Shown piece by piece: positions 11,654 to 21,261 of a stretch of 64,000 nt of DNA. The position numbers were made by a program, and so were the translations under genes. The DNA is from Basidiobolus meristosporus CBS 931.73 (Eukaryota; Fungi; Basidiobolomycota), in the NCBI GenBank assembly GCA_002104905.1, contig MCFE01000078.1, positions 62,001 through 126,000 on the forward strand, given 5' to 3'. A model generated the notes under the pieces. The model did not search any database. It was not told where the DNA came from and saw only the letters and a program-made list of their open reading frames with translations. Within the stretch, counting starts at the first letter, position 1. Each line of letters begins with the position of its first letter.

Positions 11654-13819
11654 ATGTCTCAAATCGCATTCAATGAAAAAGGGCAATTCTGTTTCCCCAA
11701 GAAAGTAACTCCTCAGCTCAACCATGAAGAATGGTCAATACTGCAAGTCCTCCTGGACACCTTTACTCCCGAGTTGACTTTGAAGCAGTGCGATAATATA
11801 GTTAAAAGCCATCCACAACTTCGCAAAGATAAAGCTCAACGCTTTCTTAGAGCCCCGGCCAGTAGTTGGGTGACCAAGGAATTCGTGGATCTAAAGTTAT
11901 CCGCCATGAGTCAAGCAAAGTTAAATGACCTGAGAAGTGCTCTGCACTCTCTGAACTCTTCAGCTACTGCATTACCCTTGACAGGCCATGCCACTCCGTT
12001 CACCAAGCTTTCCTTCGAACAACGTGAATTGGCTGTACAAAAATGGGCCCTTAGTAGTATCAATGCTATCAAATCCCTGTATAATTCTTTGGGGAGTTTA
12101 TGTATCATGCTAACATACTCTCAGCCTGCTCTTGGCAATGAATCTATCTACTGGTCAGCCAGTGGCTACCCTGGTCCAGATCCTCTAAGAGATACCAAGA
12201 AGCTATCGCTGAATCTGAACGAATATCAGTTTTTGGAGGTGCCCGCTCAAGGTGCTACAGTGGAATATGACGTGGTGATTGTGGGAACCGGAGCTGGAGG
12301 AGGTGTTGTGGCCGGAAGACTCGCTTCGGCTGGTTTGAAGGTATTGGTTTTGGAGAAAGGGCAGTTCTATAATATGGACCAGCTCTCCTTGACTGAAGCT
12401 GAATCCTACCACTATCTATTTGAGGGTAATGGGTCAGTTGTAAGTGAGGATGGTGGATTGACATTGTTGGCTGGTTCTACATTTGGTGGCGGGACTTTCG
12501 TTAATTGGTCAGCATCTCTGGCCCCACCTCACGACGTGAGAGAAGAATGGTCTCGTGAATACGGTCTTCCTTATTTCGAAAGTACTCAGTTCCAACGCAA
12601 CATCGATGCCGTATGCAAAAGACTTGGTGTATCAGATGCGCACCTTAAGCACAACTTGGCCAATGAAGCATTATTAATTGCTTGCAAGCGACTTGGATAT
12701 CCTTCTGGAAACATTCCTCAGAATACCGCCAACAGCCGCCATGATTGTGGTTGGTGTACATTTGGCTGCTCTAATGGAGGCAAACAAAGCACAGCGGTAA
12801 CGTGGTTGCAGGATGCCCAGCAGCATGGAGCTCATTTCGCAGTGAACTGCTATGTGCAGGAAGTGATAACCAACAATGGAAGAGCCGAAGGAGTTATTGC
12901 TCATGTGAATGGATCCCCACTTGTGGTCAAGGCGAAACGAGTTGTGGTGTCAGCAGGCGCTCTTAACAGTCCGTTGATTCTTGAGCGTTCTGGACTTAAA
13001 AACAAGAATATTGGTCGTACTCTTCGTGTTCACCCAGTATACATAGCCAGTGGTTACTTCCCCAATCTTGAGATTGATCAGTTCAGTGGAAGTATCATGA
13101 CTGCCATTTCTGGTATTGCCGATCGTCGACAAGGCACTGGATACGGGGCCAAGCTTGAGATCCTCGCCGGACATCCAGTCTTGGGAAGCTTTTTGAGATC
13201 TTGGAAATCTGGAGAGAGTCACAAGACTAGCATGGTAACATTGAGAAACCAAATAACTGTAGCTATTTTAATTCGAGACAAGGATAGTGTGGCCCGAGTG
13301 TTTGCTGACAAAGAGACACAAAAGCCATGTGTTGAATTTTCACTTGGCAAGTTTGACGCGGAATCGGGGGTCGAGGGCGTTCAAGCAGCCACAAAAATCT
13401 TAGTTGCCCTGGGAGCCAAGGAAGTGGAAGTTCCATTCCCTGGAATGAAGCCGTTCGTAGCTGATTATTTGAAGACTCCATCAGGTGATGACTCTACTTT
13501 CCCCAATGTCGAACTCAAGGATCCAGCTAAATTGGCGCAATTCCTTGATGACATGGGTCGTATTAATTTCAAGCAGCTATCACCCATGGTAGCTTCCGCT
13601 CATATTATGGGTTCGTGCCGCATGGGAACCTCACCAAAGGTGTCAGTTGTGAATCCCAAGGGCGAGACATGGGAAACTAAAGGATTATATGTTGCTGATG
13701 GAAGTGTGTTCCCAACACCAAGTGGAGTCAATCCCATGATTACCATTCAATCGGTAGCATATTCAATTGCTGAGTTCATCAAAGAGGACATAGCACAAGC
13801 CCCTGGATCCAAGCTCTAG
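11654..13819 (+). CDS. FAO1: Long-chain fatty alcohol oxidase/dehydrogenase (GMC oxidoreductase), 721 aa, C-terminal PTS1 SKL
   Basis: FAD-binding DVVIVGTGAGGGV, AGSTFGGGTFVNW, CGWCTFGC, SAHIMGSCRMG and GLYVADGSVFPTPSGVNPMIT. It ends GSKL*. First ATG at 11654. Confidence 0.92.
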   Translation: MSQIAFNEKGQFCFPKKVTPQLNHEEWSILQVLLDTFTPELTLKQCDNIVKSHPQLRKDKAQRFLRAPASSWVTKEFVDLKLSAMSQAKLNDLRSALHSLNSSATALPLTGHATPFTKLSFEQRELAVQKWALSSINAIKSLYNSLGSLCIMLTYSQPALGNESIYWSASGYPGPDPLRDTKKLSLNLNEYQFLEVPAQGATVEYDVVIVGTGAGGGVVAGRLASAGLKVLVLEKGQFYNMDQLSLTEAESYHYLFEGNGSVVSEDGGLTLLAGSTFGGGTFVNWSASLAPPHDVREEWSREYGLPYFESTQFQRNIDAVCKRLGVSDAHLKHNLANEALLIACKRLGYPSGNIPQNTANSRHDCGWCTFGCSNGGKQSTAVTWLQDAQQHGAHFAVNCYVQEVITNNGRAEGVIAHVNGSPLVVKAKRVVVSAGALNSPLILERSGLKNKNIGRTLRVHPVYIASGYFPNLEIDQFSGSIMTAISGIADRRQGTGYGAKLEILAGHPVLGSFLRSWKSGESHKTSMVTLRNQITVAILIRDKDSVARVFADKETQKPCVEFSLGKFDAESGVEGVQAATKILVALGAKEVEVPFPGMKPFVADYLKTPSGDDSTFPNVELKDPAKLAQFLDDMGRINFKQLSPMVASAHIMGSCRMGTSPKVSVVNPKGETWETKGLYVADGSVFPTPSGVNPMITIQSVAYSIAEFIKEDIAQAPGSKL

Positions 13820-14566
13820 TTGATTGCAAATTTCTGAACTGTATTTAAATATGTGCCTTATGAATTGATTCAATTTTTGCAAAATACTCATGTTAATTTC
13901 TATTAAATACCATTTTAAGCAAATCCAGCTCATATCAATGTAAGTTAACTTATATTGCGTTCACTGGGTGACTACGACACAATCTTGCGCCTGGGTGCTT
14001 TATAGTTTTGAGATTGTTATTGAGATGCAGATCTATGCCATTTACGAATGATTTTGAAGATTGCTATCAATTGAAGGTACCTATCAAAGACACAAATATT
14101 CAGCATTTATGATGAGTGAGGCAAATTCTCATTGTTGCCTTGTAAAATGATGAAGAATGGTCAGCGAGCCAAGTTTTCCTTTGTCCATACACTCTTAATT
14201 ATGAAACAGTGTGACATGATACTTGACTACTGTTGTTGGGGCCAGAAAAACCATACACATGCGGTTACAAAATTTAAGCTGTAGTTTCGTTACTTTTACA
14301 AGGGTTGAAGGGAGCCTGGGATATCACGAAACATCACTTTTAGACCCTTTGATGTAAATCTAACGAAAGATAAACAGCATCAAACACAACTTTGGTGTAA
14401 TCTAACAAGTAAAGTGTGCGGTGTAACATTGTAAAATATATCATGTATCGATTCAGTCAATGCTCATCTAAACATGGCTTGTTCTGATATATAAACTTAA
14501 GACCCTAAGTGCTGGTAATTCACTAGTCCCAAAATACACAAGAATACCTCTTTTGAAAGCTTTACT

Positions 14567-15275
14567 ATGAAGGGTTGTCTTATAATTGCCTCGATTGTTT
14601 TCTCATCTGTTGCGGCCCAGGGCAATGGACAATCTGTCCAAGGTATGTGATTTGTAGTTGTGGATGCGGATGCGGATGTGGTGTTGGTAGTATTTCTGGG
14701 CGTTTATCAGTTTCAACTGCTAGGTTGTATATCAATGTGTGATCAAGGAAGCTCTACATGGGTCAGTTGTGCCGCGGAGTGTATGGGAGTTCCACACCCA
14801 ACCACCAGAGATGGTAAGTACTGGCCCAATGTCGAGTTTGTTGTGCAGCAAAACCCACTTGCTAACCCTCGAATCAATTCCCAAAAATGCAGTACAAGAT
14901 ACCAAAGATTGCTTCAATGAATGTGATCAGGCTGATGGGGGGTGCCAGAGTAATTGTATCAGGACACATTTTGTTGAAGGAGAGAATTCAAAGAGTGAAT
15001 CCGCTACCCAGCCAACTGATACACACAGTCCTACTTCCACGGCAAGTGCAGAAGTCACGAAAACCCCAATTCTTTCAACAGGCGCCAACAAACCAGGCAT
15101 TACCATCTCTAGCCAAAGCATGACTAGTGGAGTCAGTGGAGCTTCAAATACCGCTACATCAACTGGAGTAAGTCGATCAGTCCCAACCACTGTATCAAGT
15201 AGAGAGACAAGAAATAAGGTCGCCATCAAAACTATAGGATTGCTACTGAGTGGGCTATTGTGGATGCAAAATTAA
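14567..15275 (+). CDS. 8-Cys secreted/GPI-like protein, paralogue 2, join(14567..14642,14724..14813,14893..15275), 182 aa
   Basis: Signal peptide MKGCLIIASIVFSSVAA, same Cys pattern and VPHP motif, canonical GT-AG introns, in-frame total of 549 nt. TATATAAA at 14488. Confidence 0.88.
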
Positions 15276-15544
15276 ACAAGTGTCAGGAAAAGAACAATGC
15301 TAGAGAGAAGTTTAGCATTATAACGGCCTATAGAATATATATCAGTAAACAAATGTATGCAATAGCGTGAGAATATATAGGAATATACGATAAAGGCGAG
15401 ATACACAGAGTACATTTGACACATGCCAAGCCTTCACTCTTTTCCTGCCTCCAACAGTATAGTTTAGATTAGGTCATTAGACACAAACGAGGCCTCCTAT
15501 GTATTAAATTACGTGCTTAGGCACCCCACCAGCCTAAGGTGATG

Positions 15545-15846
15545 TTTACATAATCGCTGCAGTTCTCCACCCCCTCATATTAGCAATGGTTCTCTTGCTT
15601 GACATTGTGACAACAACCGGGGCGTGTGGAGGTTCACACCCCAACTTGTTGATTTGTGTCTCTCATTGACTCCTCCAGTCTGGCCCTAAGGCCAAGTATA
15701 AATCCCACGGGGGCTCATGTCTCAATCACTATCACCATCACGACAGCAACAATCCCCTGCTATTGACCAAATTCCTTGTGTGCAATCGACTTTTCCAAGA
15801 TGAAATCGACCTTGCTAATCGCGCTTATTACTTTCTCGGTGGTTGC
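15545..15846. repeat. Left arm of a 302-bp inverted repeat (partner 17970..18271)
   Basis: Reverse complement of 17970..18271 with only two mismatches seen. Contains TATAAA (15697) and the first 47 nt of the paralogue 3 CDS. Confidence 0.95.
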
Positions 15847-16710
15847 TTCACAGAATGATGACCAGGAAACCCAAGGTAAACAATGAGTGGATTATATGAA
15901 GGATAGGGCATGGGTTACTGAGGTGGTATTTATGAATTTCAGGATGTTTATCTCTTTGCGACCAGGGTAGCCCACAATGGGTGGCCTGCGCAGCTGACTG
16001 CGTTGGCGTAACCCATCCAATAATTAAAGATGGTAATGGAGATATTTCTATTAATAATATGGTGATACTTACTATTGTCTATAGTACAAGACACGCAGGA
16101 CTGCGTTAATGGATGCGACTTTGACGATGGTCAATGCCACAATCAATGCATCAAGGCTCATTTCGATCGACATGTGTCTCAGATCGAGCTCATTGAGTCT
16201 ACTTTCGGGGAAGATAATGAAGAAAGCTCCCCAGTTGCGGATAATGCTTCAGCCCAGACTCCAGAACCTAAAGCAAGCGTCAGTGATCATCACTCCAGTC
16301 AACCTACTGGTCATGTAAAAGGTGACACATCCTCGTCCGAGGATAATGGGGCGGTAATACCATCTGTAGCCACTGGAAATGGGAATTCAAGATCAGACAA
16401 TATCAATAACGGTAACAACCATCGATTCAACCCAGTCGAGAATCCAGTTGCAGGACCCGCCTCTGAGGGATCGAGCGTTCATACCTCAGTAACAGCTAAA
16501 GTAACAATTCCAAGCACTCTCACCGGGAAGATTCTAAACAAGAGTGTGGCTTCACATGGCACTCCTACATCATCTCCATTTGTTGGCGTAAGCCGTACAT
16601 CTGCTAGAGTTGTATCCACTTCTATCCTACCAAGTAGTCAATCGTCTAGCATAAGGGCTACTTTAGCTATGCTATTATTGGGGAGTTTCGTTATTTTGAG
16701 CCAGTATTAG
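15800..16710 (+). CDS. 8-Cys secreted/GPI-like protein, paralogue 3, join(15800..15875,15943..16032,16085..16710), 263 aa
   Basis: Signal peptide MKSTLLIALITFSVVA, 76/90-nt exons, GCLSLC..WVACAADCVGVTHP..QDTQDCVNGC..GQCHNQCIKAHF, a long S/T/N linker and a hydrophobic tail. Confidence 0.88.
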
Positions 16711-16789
16711 TTGAAAATCGCATACAATAATATCAATAAATGCATTACTACGGAATTTCCATGATGTTTGACTCTGCTAAGTATATTTG

Positions 16790-17133
16790 CGAATTCAGGA
16801 CTAGTATCATTTCAATCATCTCAGCTGATGTAGCAGTGCCTGAAGCCTCGACAACTCCACTACTCATGTTTTGAATAAAGATGGTAGTACCTAATATACT
16901 GGTTCCTGCTGAAGGGATTGATATGTTCGTAACTTCTGAATTTTCTTAATTACAAATTGAGATACAACCTAGTAGCTGCATCTGACGAGCGCCCAGGAAT
17001 ACTACTACATAATATCCACATCCACAGCTACATCCACAACTCTAAAGTAAACACGATGAACAGATTGCTCATTGCCCTGGGCCGCAATAGAAAAGAGAGA
17101 TTGAGGCATTTTTTTTATAAGTGTTATCTTCAG
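16790..17133 (-). pseudogene. Decayed, internally deleted copy of paralogue 2
   Basis: The minus strand aligns to paralogue 2 exon 1 (start ATG reads CTG; ...ttgcggcccagggcaatg...), intron 1 and the start of exon 2. It then jumps at about 16940 into exon 3 (EVTNISIPSAGTSILGTTIFIQNMSSGVVEASGTATS vs EVTKTPILSTGANKPGITISSQSMTSGVSGASNTATS). The 3' boundary is approximate. Confidence 0.8.
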
Positions 17134-17326
17134 CTATTGTAAAACAAACTTTATTCACTGTACTCGAGACAGAGAGGTGACTACCTTGAAGATAATCAGT
17201 AAGGTTACAAATAGCGGATTACGTGATAAATGTAACGGTGATGTATGAATGGGAGTCATGTCTACCCAATGTTTCTGCAGGTGTGATATGTGCAATACGA
17301 AAGAGTCTCTTATTGTGGTACATCCG

Positions 17327-18016
17327 TCAGATGTTCCAACAATATAATACTGCAGTCACTAAAATCCCTACATTAAATGAGACTTTAGTTTCAAATGCCT
17401 CGTTCATTTGTGGCACAAAGGCAACTGGGGACCGGCCAACTCTGGCCGAAGTGGTGCTTGGGACAGTTGCAGTTATTGAATTTGTATTATGGTTTAGTAT
17501 GAGTGTGACAGACTGCCGAGTAGGCATACTTGTGTGTGTGGCCATCTTTGAAGCAACAGATAGCGTTGTAGCAAACAAGGTATCTTCCCTGGAATCTGCG
17601 TTACTGGTTGGGATTGTGTGGCTACTCTCACTAATGTCGTTTTCCGAGTGACTCTCGTGACACCAACTAGGACAGTTACCTCCATCATCACATTCGTTCG
17701 TGCATTCTATCGTGTCGTGGTCTAGGTCAATTTCAACATGTAGGTTAACTTTGAGAGACGTTCTAATCGTAAAACTGTAAATGACAGACCATCGCTAATC
17801 TTGGTAGGTGGTAACCCAACACAATCGGATGCACAGTTAACCCATCCGGAGTTGACTTGATCACATAATGCTAAGCACCCTACAATTCATGAATCGCACT
17901 AGTTAGCCACCTCCTTTCGCTTAACCAATATCTCACTTACTCTGAACCTCGTGATTATCCTCCTGGGTCGCAACCACCGAGAAAGTAATAAGCGCGATTA
18001 GCAAGGTCGATTTCAT
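17327..18016 (-). CDS. 8-Cys secreted/GPI-like protein, paralogue 4, complement(join(17327..17721,17790..17879,17941..18016)), 186 aa
   Basis: Signal peptide identical to paralogue 3 for 16 residues, then RCLALC..WVNCASDCVGLPP..DTIECTNECDDGGNCPSWC. Exons are 76/90 nt and the total is in frame (561 nt). Confidence 0.85.
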
Positions 18017-18271
18017 CTTGGAAAAGTCGATTGCACACAAGGAATTTGGTCAATAGCAGGGGATTGTTGCTGTCGTGATGGTGATAGTGATTGAGACATG
18101 AGCCCCCGTGGGATTTATACTTGGCCTTAGGGCCAGACTGGAGGAGTCAATGAGAGACACGAATCAACAAGTTGGGGTGTGAACCTCCACACGCCCCGGT
18201 TGTTGTCACAATGTCAAGCAAGAGAACCATTGCTGATATGAGGGGGTGGAGAACTGCAGCGATTATGTAAA
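17970..18271. repeat. Right arm of the 302-bp inverted repeat (partner 15545..15846)
   Basis: Direct sequence comparison. Covers the promoter and signal-peptide codons of paralogue 4. Confidence 0.95.
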
Positions 18272-18578
18272 GATGTCATTTGCCTGAACACGAGTTGTGA
18301 GGGGAAACAGAGATTTGAAATGTAGTTATTGGAAGATTCGTTCTATATGCGAGCTAACGGAATAAAATGCAACAAATATATACATGCGTGCATGCTGTGT
18401 GCACGTATCAAAGAACATTAGAAATTCCGAAAATAGTTTCTCTCATTTGTGCGTTCTTCAGCCACTTTCATTCAAATTTATTGCTGCAGTATGTTTGTCG
18501 GTAAACAAAATAATTAACGGTATCATGAAACAAACACTATCCAAACCTACACCCAACTAACTATATCCCTCCCTTCAT

Positions 18579-19193
18579 CTACTGCTGAATCCAGAGCAAG
18601 CCACTCGTGAGCACCCATACGCCGAATAACGTCACATCTGCCATGGTTGCTCCACTCGCTGGTGTAACCGAGGATGACCGATTAGGGCCAGCTGAGGTGG
18701 CAGTATTAGTAGCACCTGTGGCCAGTGCGCTCCCTGCTCGGCCTGATGTTTTGGTTGCCGAACCAGACATACTAGTTGGAGTCACTGATCCGGAGCCCGA
18801 GGGCTGGTGGGACTGTGCCCCATCGCTGCTAACAAAGTGGGCTTTGATACAATTATCCTGGCAACCGCCATCGTTCTTCTCACACTGGTTAAAGCAATCT
18901 TTTGTATCCTGAACTACATGGAAGTTAGATGGTTGGGTCTTTCTTGGCCATAGTTATGCAAAAACATACCATCCTTATTGGTTGGATGCGGCACACCAAC
19001 ACATTCTGCCGCGCAAGTGACCCATAATGCGCTACTCTGATCGCACTTGGCCAAGCACTCTTTAAAACACTTGGTCAGACTGTATACACAACGATCGATC
19101 AGATTGGGGATCCTTACCTTTTGCCGGCATAGAGGTATTCTGTGCCAATATAGAGGACATCGTGATGAGCCCATAGACTACGAAGAATTTCAT
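18579..19193 (-). CDS. 8-Cys secreted/GPI-like protein, paralogue 5, complement(join(18579..18913,18970..19059,19118..19193)), 166 aa
   Basis: Signal peptide MKFFVVYGLITMSSILA, then ECLAKC..WVTCAAECVGVPHP..QDTKDCFNQC..GGCQDNCIKAHF, an S/T/G tail and a hydrophobic end. Confidence 0.88.
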
Positions 19194-19419
19194 TATTTTT
19201 TCTAGGCTGAGAATATGTTTCAACTGTTGGATCGGTTGGAGGAGGCGAGGGCTTATTTAAGTGTTGGATCCAGGAATTGGTTGGTTTGATATTGATGTAC
19301 CTCAAACGCGTGCGCAACACCCGTCAACAAAACAAAAACATCAATAAAGGATCGGAATATACATGTGGCCAGATAATACGGCGTGCTTGCATTAGTGATT
19401 GGTAAAGATAGGTAGCCGA

Positions 19420-20837
19420 TTAGTATGTTTGGATCCCATTACACCAGCCGTTGAATGGCAGGCAGCTGAAATATTTGCACCAAGGGCAGTATGTATTGGG
19501 ATTCACTCCGGCGTAGAAATATTTCAGACCTACTGAGTACAACACTACCACCACTACTAAGCCTAGCGCCCTCAGAATACGCTTGATCCACTTGTCCGTG
19601 GAAGAGGTATGAATAGTAGGAAGCAACGCCAACCCGGCGAAAACTCCGCAGACGAAGCCTCCAATGTGCGCAAAGTTGTCAATGCTAGGGAGAAGACCTA
19701 TGGCGAAGTTGATCAGCAGTACCAGCACCATTTTGATGAGTTCGCGACAAGGGCTCGCAAAGAGGGTCCAGTGCAATAGCAGGTTTACTAGCTGGCAGCC
19801 TATCAGACCAAAGAGTGCCCCAGATGCTCCAACCGAGGCTGACATTTGAAAGAAAGGTCAGTTCTACCGGGAACCAGGATCAATCACATTGACATTGAAC
19901 TTACGAAGATCTGGCGGGGCAAAGAGTGCACCAAAAATAAACCCACCGACCCCCGAAACCATGTACAGCGATGCCATCCTGAAAGGGCCTATCTCACGCT
20001 CCATTTGCGCACCAGTGGTAAGCTGAACTGTCATGTTGAGAAGATAATGAAGAACTCCCCCATGCAGAAAAACTGGCACGATAAACCGAAACCATTGGTT
20101 TGGGTGAGCCCCTTTGTACCCACCAAAACCACATAGGTATTCCAGGCTGTAATCCATCCCACCACTCCATACAACCGACTGGAACAGCACATTTGTACTG
20201 CGCATACAAGGGACGAATCGAGCCCCAATGTTGATTAATGTCTGGTCAATAAAAGCTTGTGTTAGGTTCAGTCATTGACGAATTAAACCCATGGAAGATC
20301 TACCTCTGGAGAAGGTCCTATCAGCCAATTGAAGTATGGTTGGGTTTGGATCCAGCTACCAGTTAACTGTGAGTTTCTAAAAAGTGAGTAAATTACTAGC
20401 GCCAACTGTGCCAGACTAACGGTTCTGATGAACCAAGGGCTCCAGCGTTTTCTTTCAGCGAGTTGCTTTTGAATCCGCGCCTGTTTAGAGTCAAGCATAG
20501 ACAGGTGTTGGGTAGGTGGGAGCGGTGGTGGTGATGGCGGCGTTGAGTACTGCAACGGTTGCTGGTAAGGCCTTGGAGCATATGGGTTGTTTTGTATGGT
20601 GGGAGCTCCAGTTGAGAGAAAACCTGGTTGTGGCGGCGGCATTTGCACTCTGTGGGAATAATTGGTTGGCTGCAGTGAATGCTGCTCAGTATACACCGAG
20701 GAATATACATTGTTTGAACCATTTTTCCGGACGTTGAAACCGGCTCTGCCATGGGAGACTCCTTCTGCGGGGAGAATGAGGTCAGGATCCTCTGAGTAGT
20801 GATCTCTTTTATTTAATTGCCCCCAACGAAACGACAT
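19420..20837 (-). CDS. Rhomboid intramembrane serine protease, complement(join(19420..19838,19905..20241,20304..20837))
   Basis: QWFRFIVPVFLHGGVLHYLLNM, catalytic SVGASGALFG and NFAHIGG. Pro/Gln-rich cytosolic N-terminus. The start ATG is uncertain. Confidence 0.92.
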
Positions 20838-21261
20838 GAACGACTTGTATCTCACCTAGCACAATCTGCGGAATGAAAATTGAACAGAAAAAAGACGGAA
20901 GCCCCCATATAATTATTGTGGTCCTAGTCTGTTTACTGAACGAACTTTCAGAATTCTATGAAGCATGGCCTTTACCGAGACTTGCCATATCAAAGGGTGT
21001 TTCCAAATTAAGCAATAAGCGCTTTACCATGTTTGGTTACTTTTAAGGAAGTTATTTTATCCACTAAGCTCTATTCAACAATACGGCTTTTACAGAACGA
21101 GAAAGACAGCCACGACTGATGCTGGGCAAAATTGAGGACATCAAATATAATCGCGGAAGGAAGCGCTGCAGATTACATAGAAATAAGTAACGGTGAGCAG
21201 GTACTTGTATTATTAGGCTAAGAGGCGGGAGAGGAGATCAAAATTAAATAGATAAACTAGA

